Source: Octopus vulgaris (lineage: Eukaryota). Taken from it: a stretch of 64,000 nucleotides of DNA. Shown here one piece after another: positions 29,071 through 43,737 of this stretch (its first letter is position 1; the number at the start of each line of letters is the position of its first letter). The DNA is taken from the NCBI GenBank assembly GCA_951406725.2, contig OX597821.1:45198001-45262000 (forward strand), in the 5' to 3' direction. Under the pieces are notes generated by a model. That model saw only the letters and a list, made by a program, of their open reading frames with translations, was not told the DNA's origin and made no database searches. Made by a program: the position numbers and the translations under genes.

Positions 29071-30409
29071 ATAATATGCGTGCATTAATTTTCTGTCAAA
29101 ACCCCGTAGAGAGGGTAAGAAAATCGATGCCGATGACGTAATTTGTAGATAGCACATTGACCAGGTCACTGAGATAATTTCGGTAGTAATCAGATCAATG
29201 TACTTCATAATGTAGAAGGGGGTGGATATCAATAGATTGATCTGAAATACCTTAAAACGTCACACTTCCAGTTATAATAAAAGAAAGAAGAGTAAAAATG
29301 TTTCATTGTTTAAGGGTAACCACAATTAGCTCATAGTTTCTCATATATTTCAGCGAAAAGACGTTTAAATCTTAACATTGTCTCCAATGTTTCCCCTAAA
29401 TATATCGATTCTTGTACGTTTAGCTACTGTTCCAGTCTGGATACACATATCTCTAATAGCAACAAAACCAGGGCGTTACTTATTCTATATTTTCGGCTTG
29501 TAGCTGTTAATATATTCGATCATAACTAAATGACGAAATTATTCCCTCTTAGATTTATTAAATAAGTAGTCGGTAGTTTGTAGGTGTAGTATGGGTGAAT
29601 GCTTAAGAGGATCGCTTCGTAACCATGAAATATCAACTTCGATCCCACTGCCAGGCATTTGGGGGCAAATGTCATTTAAAATTACTTTAGGGTGGTCATT
29701 ACCTTGTGAGTGAAACAGAAGCCCGTCAAGTGGTTTTGTACTCGTAATTCAACGAGTACAGCTTCGAAATACCCTGTGTTACGCTGATTCTGCTTGAGAA
29801 TTACATTGAGTGTACACGTTTCTGTTTAAATTTCAGCCACTTAGTCATTGATTTAATAGTGGGTGATTCAGTTCGAACATCTGAATTCTCATCGGGGATC
29901 CACTTCTTTATAGTTAATAATAAACTCGCTTCGCAATTCCAGGCTTTTAGGTTCGATCCTTGGGCAAGTGCCTGCCACTAAAGCCACGAACTTCCAGTCA
30001 GAGGAAGTTGTTTCTGTCGTGGAGTGGTATACCTGTTCGTCACCCTTGTTTTACACCACCACCCGCTGCTTTAGTCTTTTTAGTGGAGTCTGTTCTGTTG
30101 CAAACCTTCGAGTCAGTTTTCCAGTGAGGACGCATTCATTACTCCCTTTCACCTGTTTTCTCCTACTCTGATAAAGGTCATCGGCGCGGCCATTCTTCCT
30201 TTGATTAAGCAGGAAAAAGGAGTTTCCAAGGAACATTTTAGAGCTGTCATCTGTTTTCGAGCATCTTAGTTTGTTAGATCAGTGTCCTTCTATAGTTGAA
30301 GACTGGAAATATTTAATGATTGTTACCAAAGGAAGAGAGACGTTACTAAGTCGCTAATATCAGTTATGGGGTACTGTTGGATCCTGTATTTAGGTTGAGA
30401 TAACATTTA

Positions 30410-30830
30410 CAGAGCTGATTAAAGTTTAGGGAGTCGATTAACAGTTTAGGGAGCTGATTAACGATTTAGGAAACTAATTAAAGGTTTAAGAAACTAGCTA
30501 ATGCTTGAGGCTTAGCGAAATGATTAACTGTTTAGGGAGCTGATCAATCGTTTAGGAAACTGATTAATGATTTAGGGAATTTATTAACGGTTTAGGCAAT
30601 TGAATTAATCGCTTAGGGAACTGATTAACGGTCTAGGGAGGTGATTAGAGATTTATGGATCTGGTTAATGGTTTAGGGAATTGATAGATTGTTTAGGAAA
30701 CTGATTAAGGGTTTAGAGATTTGATTAAGGGTTTAGGGAGCTGACTAATGGCTTTGGGAACTGATTAACTACTTAGGGAGATGATTATGGGTTTAGAGAG
30801 TTGATTAACGTTTTAGGGAGGTGATCAACA
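30410..30830. repeat. 20-bp minisatellite GTTTAGGGAGCTGATTAACG
   Basis: About 20 copies with period 20. Confidence 0.88.
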
Positions 30831-32919
30831 ATTACACACTTAGTTTTTAGCTTTGTATTAAAACTAGTTTCTCTTGTCTTTCATTTTACAGGTCTTTGTG
30901 TTCGATACTAGTTTACAGTAGTATGATAAACAAACAAGGGAGCTTCTATCTGTTCACTCATTTTACGAGTCAAATGTTGAAAAAAGAGTAGAATGGTCGC
31001 AAATGGAATGCTTTGATTCTTTCAACAGCGCAATCCACGAAAGTGGGTTCGTAGAACATCTTATAAACAGCAGGACACATGACACTGACCGAGTGTTTCA
31101 CCGATATGTTATTCTAGATCATCCCATTGTTCATATGGCGTTCCATTTGTGGCCAAGTCAGCTTCTAAATATGTTGTTTTCGTTTTGATATGCTTGAATC
31201 TTTTTTTAGGATGACTGCGGAGTGGTTTATGGATATTAGTCAACAGGAATGGGTTCCAGATAGATTAACTAATTTACAGAGGGAGCAAAGGAGAGAATCC
31301 AGTCCAATGAGAAAATTAATGTGACTCCATCTAAGAAGAAACAGTTTGGTTGTCTTATCACCTTGTGTTTGGTCACTTTACTATGCGAAATGAATTTTGT
31401 CTGCAAACCTATTAAATTTATGAAAACTGAGATAGTTCCCAGTGAAATGCTTCTAAAATGACTTAAAAGAATCGCATTTGGACAAATTATCGACAAAGTG
31501 ATTAATTTATGAATGCGTACTTTAGCGCCTGTCTCTGTACCAGTAAAGTCAATTAAAGCAATCAAAATTGGTTGATTTTGTTAAATATTATCGATTTTTT
31601 CGTTGGAGAAGAAAAAAAATCAACATCTGAATATCATTACTATTTATCAATTAAGCACTGAAGTAGACATATATTGTAACAATTGGAAATATATATAGTT
31701 TGATAATACAGGGACTGGAAATAATATAGATAGATTATGTAGGAATTAGATCTGCCACCAAATTTCACGGAGAAAGTTTTGCGAAAATGAAGCTAAAATG
31801 ATACAAAGAACTTTCACAAAGCGCTAATTCTATATAATACAAATTTCTGGACACAGAGTCATACCTGTGTTCAATATATTTCGATGTATTTTCACGAACC
31901 AAGTAGGATTTGAAGTAAGAATCATTTAGTCGGGGCGGTTGGCTGTTTCTGCTAAATTCCCGACCTCTATTACTATGAAATATTGATTTTCTGCTGTGAA
32001 ATAATCGAAAATTATGTCAGTAACTAAAATTAATGACGAACATAGATTTCCTGCTATAGAGCCTGAAGCCTTCCCAGACAAACGTTTTAAAACTTTAATT
32101 ACAGGTTACCGTTATACTTTTTCAAAATAGTCTATTGCTTCATTAATGTATCATTTCGATTTTGCATTATTTCTCAATACTTTCTTTACATTTCTGGAAA
32201 AAAAAATCAGACAAAACAATCTATGTTGTGTTCCGTCACTCTAAGCTGATACCGAAGTAGTTATCTTCAGTTAGTCTGTATCATGTTTGCCTTTTTATAA
32301 AACATATTAGCATATTTGAGAAATATTACTTTACAAGAACAAATAGATTTTTAGGCAATTCATTAACTAGATTATATTGATTAGACACAAAACTAATTGT
32401 TTATGGAAGATAGTTGTAGGCTAATTGATTTTATTTACATATTTCTACTAAAATGTTGATCTATCGCAGCTAACTTTTCCAGAATTCTCTACAAAAGGCA
32501 ATACACACACACACACACACACATATATATAAAATAAAATTAAAAACAGAACACAAAGGATATCGCGGTACACGTGTTTCAAGCTTTATAAACAATCTAT
32601 TATTACATCAGTGTATTATTGATATAAAAGATGGTTTAAAGCTCTCTTCAGCCGCAAACCTTGTTATTCCAAAGAGTTATATCACAACATAAAAAATATG
32701 AAAAGCACATGTAGTATTACCCATTATAATAGGTTTAACATTTCTCCTTGAAAAAGTGTATTTGTAAAATTTCCTAACTGTATAAATGTATAAAGATTCA
32801 TTGGATTTCGAAAATCTGCCCATACTGTATCACCAGTCAACATGTGAATGTTAAATAGATTGGAATGGGTTATATTTTGTATATACATACATACAAATAT
32901 ATGTATATATGTATATTTA

Positions 32920-32962
<43 letters not shown>

Positions 32963-33029
32963 CATATATACACATATATAAATACACACACACACACATA
33001 TATATATACATGTATGTATACATACATAC

Positions 33030-33070
<41 letters not shown>

Positions 33071-33072
<2 letters not shown>

Positions 33073-33509
33073 TAAGTAATTAAGGGTTTAGCAACGATTT
33101 GCCTCACCACACACCGAATTTAGAAATAGCAGTCAAAGAGTTATAGCTATTCTTTCTACTAAAAGGGAGATCTCAGTAAAATCGCAGCACTTGAAAGGCA
33201 AACACAGACAGGCAAGAGAGTATTACCCATTATAATAGGTTTAACATTTCTCCTTGAAAAAGTGTATTTGTAAAATTTCCTAACTGTATAAATGTATAAA
33301 GATTCATTGGATTTCGTAGGTGACTTAAAATTGTATGATAGATTGCCGTCATTTCCTTCTCTCTTGCCTGTCTGTGTTTGCCTTTCAAGTGCTGCGGTTT
33401 TACTGAGATCTCCCTTTTAGTAGAAAGAATAGCTATAACTCTTTCACTGCTATTTCTAAATTCGGTGTGTGGTGAGGCAAATCGTTGCTAAACCCTTAAT
33501 TACTTAGTA
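33071..33509. repeat. 150-bp inverted repeat enclosing a direct copy of 32715-32810
   Basis: 33071-33220 is the reverse complement of 33359-33508 (about 2 mismatches); 33221-33316 duplicates 32715-32810. Confidence 0.9.
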
Positions 33510-33605
33510 TTACTTAAACTTTCCTCGAATGAGGCTTTTACATGCCGAAATCTACTTGGTGAAATTAATGATTATTCCAAATTAATTAATTTCACCCTAT
33601 ATTAT

Positions 33606-33692
<87 letters not shown>

Positions 33693-33825
33693 ATGTGTGT
33701 GAATGTGTTTGTGTGTGTATACATGTATATATACATCTATGTATTGTTATATTTGGGGACTGTCATATATATTTGTCAATTAACCACACACGATATATAC
33801 TTGGTTACTTGGTCTTCATTTCAGC

Positions 33826-33856
<31 letters not shown>

Positions 33857-33858
<2 letters not shown>

Positions 33859-34395
33859 TTTTTCTTCTTTCAAATTTGCTTCCATTTCTTGCCGAGTGTC
33901 TTCCCGACCCCTAGGGCAAAGAAACTCATAGTATACATTGGTAGGCCATTAAACCAAACTCAATAGTTCGTTCTCTCCATATACTGTAGGAGTTTGCGGT
34001 GTGTCTCTCTTGAGATGGCCTACCTAATGCATAGTAATAAGCGTATATTACTTCTTTATACTCTTCTCGGGTCCATTTGTTCCGCTTACATTTTTCTTTC
34101 TGTGGTGGTTGTGGTGGTGAACTTGGAGGGCTCGAGTTGGGGGATTTCCCGTTCAAGTGACCATCCATGTCCGTATTCGGAGAAGAGATGTGCCAGTTGA
34201 TGACTTTTCGATCCCAGGCTGGCTCTTCCCTGGGGGACGCGCTTCCAGATTAACCATAGGACAAGCGATTTGGTATACTGATTTAGTTTTCCTTTTAGTT
34301 TCCAAAAACATTTTGGTGCTACGATAATGTTATCATTTTTTAGCTTTGATTGGCTCGTGGGGAGACGGCCATCATTGCCGTTACAATTATAATCG
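33857..34395 (-). mobile_element. Internally deleted R4/Dong derivative (5' end joined to a 3'-UTR-like tail)
   Basis: KRNKWTREEYKEVIYAYYYA (Myb-like N-terminus typical of R4-clade ORFs), then an abrupt switch to a short tail ending in (TAA)n. Confidence 0.6.
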
Positions 34396-34398
34396 TAC

Positions 34399-34448
<50 letters not shown>

Positions 34449-34450
34449 GC

Positions 34451-34532
<82 letters not shown>

Positions 34533-34539
34533 TCATTAT

Positions 34540-36195
34540 TATTATTATTATTCTATGCTTGACTTTTGCTTTATATTTGTACAAGTTGGCTCCAAGTCTC
34601 ACCTAGAGACCTCAAGAGACAACAGGTTGGAAGTTCACGTTGTTTTTATGCCTAGAGTACCATGTATTTGTTTTTTTGGGTGTTGTACTAGTGAATGTCT
34701 AAAAAAATGTTTGTTTTAAACCTTGAGATTACATAGAAAGTATTTTGCGTAGGATATGAGCATTATCTTTTGAATTTCTGCCATTTTGGGGTTTCCTTGT
34801 ATCTGAGTTAGGTAGCAATCAGCCCCTTTCGCTATCATTACCAGGGCACCTCTGACAACAGGTTCCACATTTTGCTGATTTCTATTTCTTTATATTTGCT
34901 CAGTTTTTGGTAGGTCTGGACAGATACGTTCATATCGATTGGGACAGTCATATCAATGAGGAGGCATGTTCTTTGTCTGAAGTCTTTCAATATGATGTCT
35001 GGCCTATTTGCATCGATCTTTCTGTCAGTTTGAGTGGTGAAGTTCCAGAGATGTGGTCATTTTCAAGCACTGGAGGTGGTTTGTGTTCCCACCAGTTTTT
35101 TTCATGGGGCAAATCCAGGTTTTTGCAAATTACCCAGTGAATATATTGTGCAGCTCTATCATGCCCGTTGAGATACTCTGTAGGCGCTAGAAGACTGCAC
35201 TTGGAGACAACATGATCAATGGTTTCATTTTGTTGTTGACATACACGACATGTTGGGCTACTGCCGTTCTTTAATATGTTGTCCTGGAAGTTTCTTGTTG
35301 GTAGGCATTGATCTTGAGCTGCTATGATAAATCCATCTGTTTCAGATTTTAAGCCAGAGGCCATTAGCCATTGATGCGTCAGGGCTTTGTCAACATCTGC
35401 ATTAATCACTCTCTTTGAGTATTTGCCATAGAGAGGTTTTTCTTGCATTTATCATTCAGAATATCTAAGGCCGCAGTTTTAGCACGGGTTTTCATGCGCT
35501 TAGCTTTTTCTGTGCTTGTTTCTTGTATGTCTATCTCTAGTTCCGAAATTTGTTGTATTCGGAATTCACTTAGATATTCCTTTGCCTGTTTTATTACTGA
35601 GTATGAAGCTTTCTTGTTTTCATGTTTTGAGACAAGTTTTAACATCCAGTCCTCAGAGTTTTTCAGGTAGGTGTCTAGGCCAATTGTAGCAATTTTCATT
35701 GTTATTGCCAGTTGTAAGAGTCCACGGCCTCCCTCTTTTCTTGGCAGATAAAGTCGTTCTGTATCTGCCTTAGGGTGGTGCATTCTATGCATTGTCAACA
35801 GTTTTCGTATTTTTCTGTCAAGATTACATATTTCAGTAATTGACCAGTTAACGATATTGAAACTGTAAGTCACGGCTGGTATAGCTAAAGCATTGATCGC
35901 TTCGATCCTGTTTCTCGCATTCAGTTCTGTATTGAGTATTGCTCTTACTCTGCGATAACATTCGCTCCTGATCCTTTCCTTCATCTCTGAATGCCTTATT
36001 CCGTCCCCTTCAATTACCCCTAGGTACCTGTAGCTCTCCGCTGGGTCTAATTATTTAATGACATTCTGCTGGTCAAGGTTAACGTTAGATGTTTCTGTCA
36101 TTTTTCCTTTGATAAAGGTAGCTTTTGCACACTATCGAGGCCAAATTGCATTCTGATGTCATCACTGTATTGTTTGACAATCGTTAGTAAGCCCT
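34540..36195 (-). mobile_element. R4/Dong-type REL LINE 3' part
   Basis: ORFs 35406-35984 (HHPKADTERLYLPRKEGGRGL) and 34987-35448 (AAQDQCL, CRVC..ETIDHVVSKC, HDRAA); both ends lie in (TAA)n. Confidence 0.92.
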
Positions 36196-36216
36196 ATTAT
36201 TATTATTATTATTATT

Positions 36217-36855
<639 letters not shown>

Positions 36856-36931
36856 GCAGCGTGGGAGGTGTTTATAAGCCATTTAAGAAACACACAAAAG
36901 CCGTTCGATTCACTCCAACATTTAAGTTTAA

Positions 36932-36981
36932 TTTGTCAAAATATTTTCGTCGCTAAAATCCGCGACCTGTTCACTGACAAA
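36932..36981 (-). ncRNA. Minimal type I hammerhead motif (G3-C8 variant)
   Basis: Minus strand reads UUUGUCA GUGAACA G GUCGC-GGAUUUUA-GCGAC GAA AAUAUU U UGACAAA; 7-bp stem I, palindromic stem III. Confidence 0.65.
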
Positions 36982-37586
36982 GTCCGTGCTGCATCTAAGA
37001 AAGTAACAGTTAGTTCGTCATATATATGTATGTACGTATGTATGTGTGTATGTATGCATACATGTGTGTATGTATGTACGTATTCATGTCCGCACATACG
37101 CCTGTGTATGCATGTATGTATGTATGTATATATGTATGTGTGTGTATAAGCACGCACATACACTCTATAAAACATAAAGTTATAAACCTGTAGCGATGGA
37201 TGGATGTAGAGTGACCACTCATCACAACGCTATCAAATTTCAACTCCCTACGGCCGAGGCTAGAAAGTGAATTTATGACGCTTGCTCACAAGAACTATAC
37301 CCTAAAATCTATTATCAGATTTTTATCTCTATATCACAGAACTAATGTTTTACTATTGTTCGTAAGTATGTATGTATGTGCGTATGTATGTATGTATGTA
37401 TGTATGTATGTATGTATGTATGTATGTATGTATGTATGTACATACGTACGCATGTGCGTATGTATGTATACGCGCCCGTATGCATGTGCCCATGTATGTG
37501 TGTGTGTACATGTACGTGCGTATGTACGTGTGTATGCCCATACGTAGGTATGTATGTATGTTTGTATTCATGTGCTACGTATTCAT

Positions 37587-37663
<77 letters not shown>

Positions 37664-37689
37664 TAGTCTTATATTATTCAGTAGTCTTA

Positions 37690-38540
37690 TTTTAATCACG
37701 TGCTTTCACTGCACTACCGAGCGCAGATCTGTATATCTTGGGTATATGCTGTGTTTTGTTGTGTTTTGTTGTGATGCTTTTATTGTGACTGTATTGAAAG
37801 TGTTTTACGTAGGATGTGTGCGGTGCCTAGTAGTACTATCTTCTGTATGTTATATATACTTGTTAGTCTCGGTATTTTTGATATGCGTTCGTCTGAACAT
37901 TTTTTTACGATACCTAATGCGCCTACTATGTTAGGAATTCTTTCTGTTTTTTGACTCCACATTCGAGTTGCCTCTATTTCCAGGTCTTTGTATTTTGAAA
38001 GTTTCTCCATTTCTTTTAGAGAAACGTTGTCATCTGTTGGTATTGATATATCGATTAGAAAGCATTTTTTTCTTGGTGATCTCTGACAACTATATCCGGC
38101 CTATTTGCCTTAATTTCTTTATCTGTGTGTATTGGCATATCCCATAGTATGGTTGCTTTCTGATTTTCTGTGACCTTTTCCAGCATGTGCCTATACCATA
38201 GTCTTTCTATTATTGGATAGTGTTGGCATAGCTTCCAGTGTATATAGATCTCTACTCTGTCGTGTCTGTGAATATATTCCTTCTTAGTCAGGACTGGGCA
38301 GCTAGAGACAATATGGTTTATTGTTTCTTGTCCATCTCCACATATTCTGCAGTTACTTGTTATGTTTCCTTTCATTATATGTTTTTGGTAATTTCTGGTG
38401 GTGGTGGGTGCTTTGGTCTTGTGCTGCAATTAAAAATCCTTCAGGCTCTGCTTTGAGTCCTGAACTTCTCAACCATTGTTGGGGTTTTGCTTTGTCTATT
38501 TTTTTTGCGTTTAGTTTAACCCAGTATTTGCCATGAAGCT
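37690..38540 (-). mobile_element. R4/Dong-type REL LINE 3' fragment
   Basis: CRICGDGQETINHIVSSC, RHDRV, LWDMPIHTDKEIKANRPDIVV, EKLSKYKDL, IVGALG. Confidence 0.88.
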
Positions 38541-38794
38541 AACCATTCTGCCTATATATCTGTGCACACCATTCAATGTCATGTATGCCATAAGGCCTGA
38601 AAATCTAACGGAAGCCTCAAAGATTAAAACTTAACTGCATCTTTTGGTGTTCCAAATTGGATATGCAATATATGTAGGTGTCTTTTCAATACATTGTCTG
38701 GTTTAAAAAACCTCACTTCAGACGCCATGATGGGCCTAATGTGTATGTACAAGAGGTGGTCAGACTCTGCATAAGGAATATACAACCACCATAT

Positions 38795-39195
38795 TCTTTT
38801 ATTCTTTTATTCTTTTACTTGTTTCAGAAATTTAACTGCAACCATGCTGGAACACCGCCTTTAGTCGAACAAATCGACCATAGGACTTATTCTTTGTAAG
38901 CGTAGCACTTATTTTATCGGACTCTTTTGCCGAACCGCTAAGTTACGGGGACGTAACCACATCAGCATCGGTTGTCAAGCGATGCTGGGGGACAAACACA
39001 GACACACAAACATATGCACACACACATACACACAAACACACACACAATTCGCGTCTACCAAATCCACTCACAAGTCTCTGGTCGGCCAGAGGCTATAGTA
39101 GAAGACACTTGTCCAAAGAGCTACGCAGTGGGATTGAACCCAGAATCATGTGGTTGGTAAGCAAGCTACTTACCAAACAGCCACTCCTGCGCCTC
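38795..39195 (-). mobile_element. SINE family C
   Basis: Homologous to the 18689 copy; tail resembles the 3' end of the LINE at 10034. Confidence 0.78.
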
Positions 39196-40304
39196 CACTC
39201 AGTCACCCCTTGTATATATAAGGAAATGGGAATGACAAAGAAACAAACAAATATCTTATGAACTTTATTAGCTTAACTGTAAGCTCATGAGGTCCATAAT
39301 ATAACTGTGTATTCCTTTCTCAATTTCTTTTTACCACTCTATACTCGACTAACTCTTCGTTCTGAAGAACTGCATATTGAATTCTACACCTGATTATTAG
39401 TATTGCAATGATTAGGGAAACACAAATACACACGGTGAGATAAAAGTCAAGTTAAATATATAGCTTGTTTGTTGTAGAGCCTATTTAGGGCTCGACTGGC
39501 GATGTAATATGAATTATTCAACTGATGAATTAGTAATAATAATTGAAAGACAAATCTGAAAATACAGAATAGAAACCTCGTAAATATCGTTTTGGGGTTT
39601 AAAAATCCGTACCTATAATACCATGGTTGCTACACTTACTAAGCTTTACTTTGAATTACTCATCTGTTTGACTTAGAGTCAAACTATCATGTTAAAAAAA
39701 TAAAAAGTGCTGTATATAAAGGATACCTATCACTAATATTCTCCTTATTCACTTGGAACCAAACTGAATACAAGTCAGAAAAAACATCATAAACTTTTGT
39801 TTTAAAGTAAAGTCAAATGATTCTTTAATTACTTCACTATAGGCAATGAACAAAGCACTTCCAATTAAATTACTGTAAATTACTTCAAAATAGTCAATTT
39901 TCTACACCTGTCCTCCATATATCTGTTCATAGGTAGGATCCTATGTGCGTGCACGTGCGCACGTTTGTGTTGATCTATCTATACAATTGAAAGACAATCT
40001 ATACAATTTGAGTACATATGTATGTGTAGTTGTATTTGTGCATGTCTCACTGTGGTTTTTCACACTCCCACTTATGAAAACAGCGTCGCGATACACGACC
40101 AGACACCGAATCCCCATTATAAGAAGGATACAGCTGAGTGAGTGCTAAGCGTTGCACCCAGACTCTACGACGAGGTAATAACTTATAACTTCAAAGGAGA
40201 GTTGTTTTTATGACTCCACTCCCCCAAAAAGCACAAAAATGTTCAAGCAAATCAAATTAAAACAAGAACAAAAAATCTCAATATTAAATTTCTTGTATAT
40301 CTTA

Positions 40305-40985
40305 GACGAAGCGACCTTGGTGTTCTTTGGAGCAGGGGAGGAGGACTGTTTTCACTGCATGTATTATCTCTTGATCTCAGGCTCAATGTGATGAATTCAA
40401 CATTCATCCTGGATTCGGAAATGCTGAAGGAAACCAGCTGGATCTGCCTGAAACAATATCAGATATTCCTGTGATGTGATCAGCCTGGTGCGCTTTTGAT
40501 CAGGGGTTAGAAGACGTGGCACCCAAAGGGCAGAAACCTTCGTCATGACAAGTTCATTGTACAGAATATACTCATCTCTCTCACAAGATATGCTAACAGC
40601 ATTGGTTATTTGATTTATAGTAAATCGCCTGTCATCCATCACCATGTGGTGAACATGATCAATGTTTTCCTTGGTGGTGGCAGTTGCAGGATGTCCAGAC
40701 CTTATGCGTCATACCCTAATGTAGCAGCCAGGTCAACATGAACGTCGTTGGGGGATAAATCCTTTCTCTGCAAGTACTTGATAACATCACAATGCCAAAT
40801 TTTGTCGATTTTCAAGAAAAGTCGCTACTAGTTACTTTTGAAGTCTACTTTGAACAGTTAGATGTCAGTTTAGCTGGAAAAAACAACACAATTATTAATA
40901 AGAAAGGATGAAATTAATGCATGCAAGATTTCATAGCTCATGCATCATTCCTTCATAGTCAGCATATGAACCTTTCAGACCACAC
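40305..40985 (-). mobile_element. mariner transposase fragment
   Basis: DDRRFTINQI, KVSALWVPRLLTPDQK (WVPxxL motif), QDEC*IHH..PE. Confidence 0.85.
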
Positions 40986-41218
40986 TCATATTGTAGAATG
41001 ATAAAACCTGGGCGTAGTCTTAGTAATGGAAACCCAAACCTTTTTGGCAGGTATATTTTAAAAGTGAGCAAAAAATATTGTAAATTGGTGTTCCTTTGAA
41101 TATTAAAATGAGTTGTACGTCATTTCATCGTCTTTTTCGGTTCTACGCATCTTAACTGTCTGCAGACATTTATTTATATATGACATATAACACTGAAACA
41201 TGAAGTTAAGACATGAAC

Positions 41219-41224
41219 TTTATT
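41219..41224 (-). terminator. Candidate polyadenylation signal of the SDR gene
   Basis: AATAAA on the minus strand about 100 nt after the stop codon. Confidence 0.5.
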
Positions 41225-41320
41225 TAGAAAATTAAAAAAATTATGTTAAAAATGAAATATCTTCGTGCAAGAATTATTAAAAAGTTGAAGAATAAAATAA
41301 AATGTTTGAAAATGTTTGTT

Positions 41321-41553
41321 TTATTGTGTTTTAACAGTTTTAAGTCCAGCAGGTGGTTCCGGTTTGAATATTGAAATCCGATCCGAGAGCCAAACAGGGA
41401 GCATTCGTAACAGTGGTATAAGAAATTGTGCATCAAAACCAGGTGTATATCTATACTTTGGGTATCTGGCTGTGATGGCGTGGATATGGCAAGAGACGAC
41501 TCGCTGAAGGTTTGTATCAAGGTGTCCGGTGATATCTCGCAGAACTGAGATAA
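41321..41553 (-). CDS. SDR9C dehydrogenase, last coding exon (this frame is not in the ORF track)
   Basis: ttgtag acceptor; in phase gives FISVLRDITGHLDTNLQRVVSCHIHAITARYPKYRYTPGFDAQFLIPLLRMLPVWLSDRISIFKPEPPAGLKTVKTQ*, matching the family C-terminal HAxxxxxPxxRYxxGxDA motif. Joined CDS is 996 nt = 331 aa plus stop. Confidence 0.9.
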
Positions 41554-43296
41554 CTACAAATATTGAAAGAGGTAATTTAAACGTTATAGTAACAGAATGC
41601 GGAGGAAGACTTAATATCTAATGAACAATACACACACAAACACACACAAACACACCAATATATAGTTAAGTGAGATTTGGGTAAGAACCTTGTAGAATGG
41701 TGTGTAAAGCTCGTCCACAGTTATTGGCTACCTAACGTCATGATACAGTGGAAATGCACATGCTATTGGATATATTTCAGGAATTCCACAGTACCCATAT
41801 AGTTTATATAAATAGATAAATGGTATAAAATGGAATTGACGAGATTCTTTATTCAAAACCACTACAATTGTTTCGACGCATTCTCGCACTGTAGTTCATA
41901 GGTGAGATGTTGTGCAGTCATCTTACATCCTAGGTGTAGAACGCACCTCTTCAAGAAGTGACTGTTGAAACAAGTTCCTCGTTAATATATTTTCACCATT
42001 TTACTCACTTTAATAATGTATAACCAGAGTGATGCGTCATTTTAGCAGTTTACATCCAAAACTAAAACCATAGATTCAGTGAGAGACAAGATACATGTAC
42101 AATTAAAATACAAAACACATCGATAAAAAATAGACACATGAGATCAAAATAATAAAAAATAATAATACAAAGAGGGCTTGTTTGACTATAAACTTCTATG
42201 CTATCTAACGGCCAGATTATAAGAATTAGAACGACTAGAAACTAAAGGGAAGAAGAAAAAGAAAAGCACGATTAAAGTTAATAATTAGGTTGTGACTGTC
42301 AATTTCAGCACATGTCAACCGTTTTAAAACCCAAATAGACTCCTTCCCACCCCCCAATAAACCGTATGTCCCATCTTAAGACTAGGATAAATTTTTATTT
42401 AGAGTTAATTCATTATCGTCCGGCTTTAATGTATTTCAGAGAAATTATAGGAAACGACAGGTTAGCGTGTATGTTTACTCACTCACCACCAAGGATTTCC
42501 TTATACAACCACCTACAATGTAATCTGCATTGTTCCACACACACAAACACACAGACGCACACACACACAAACATACACACACACAAACGCACACGTATAC
42601 ACTCACACACCCACACACCCATACGTGAGTTCACGTATATACATACGTAACCTCCTATACGGTTACACATATATGCTTCTTAGTAATTATTTCTAGAAAG
42701 AGAAATCAAGAAAATCAAAATAATGGATAGAAAATAAAAACACAGAAATATATCTTACGTCGCTTGCTTACAGTCATGCCATTTATAACGTTCGTAAATA
42801 TGCAACACAATGCCATACACTTAAACAATAAATCAATAATAATAATGAGTAGCAGTATAACCCGGCCTTGCCCGGGATCAAGTTACGATTATTAAGCTAA
42901 TCAAGTTCTTTATTTCAAACCAATCTAAGTAATATCGACGTCAAATTTGGGCGAAAAAACCCCCAAACATTTCACATTTTATTTTTTATGAACGTCATCA
43001 CTTACTCTCTCTCTCTCCCTCTCTCACTTTGTCTTTCCCGTGAAACTCTCTGCCTCCTTCTTCCACTTCTCTTTATCTTATTTCTCTTTTGTTAGACGCC
43101 GTCAAAAAGCTATGGCTGATATTTTTCATGGCTAAAAGCTATGGCTGAAAATAGAATTTTGCCGCTATCCGCGGGTGCCTCGGAAAGAAAATAAGTTGAC
43201 AAAACCCAGATAGGTTGTTGACGAATGTCCTCCTAAAATTGAAGCGACATGCGTGCTAATTTGTGGACGTGCATAAATTACAATCACGTACACACA

Positions 43297-43368
<72 letters not shown>

Positions 43369-43389
43369 CATACGCACATACATCATGCC

Positions 43390-43595
43390 TTTTCTAGTAA
43401 AGGCACAAGACCTGAAATTTTGTGGGAGGGGACTAGCCGATTACATCGACCTCCGTGTTTCACTGGCACTTATTTTAACGATCCCGAAAGGATAAAAGGC
43501 AAAGTCGACCTCGGTAGAGTTTGAACTCAGAACGTAAAGACTGACGAAACGCCGCTAAATATTTAGCCAGGGTACTAACGATTCTGCCATCTCTG
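43390..43595 (-). mobile_element. Diverged SINE family A-related copy
   Basis: Reverse complement of the family A head and body (GGCAAAGTCGACCTCGG...TTTGAACTCAGAACG). Confidence 0.7.
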
Positions 43596-43598
43596 CTT

Positions 43599-43654
<56 letters not shown>

Positions 43655-43737
43655 TATATAGGCCGGAAATAACTCTGCAGTTAATAAATTTCTGCAGCTA
43701 ATTTACCGGTTAGAGAATATTGTTATTTAAAAATTAA

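Noticed and set aside
30892-31188. Plus-strand ORF after an acceptor-like site, faintly resembling an SDR C-terminus
   Set aside because: In-frame stop upstream, no partner exons, and the resemblance is too weak.
34335-34385. HDV-like ribozyme at the 5' end of the R4 derivative
   Set aside because: Only a short hairpin could be paired; the nested double pseudoknot could not be built by eye.
42846-42880. Helitron/Helentron-like terminus (also about 23180-23210)
   Set aside because: Only a short motif; the other end could not be defined.
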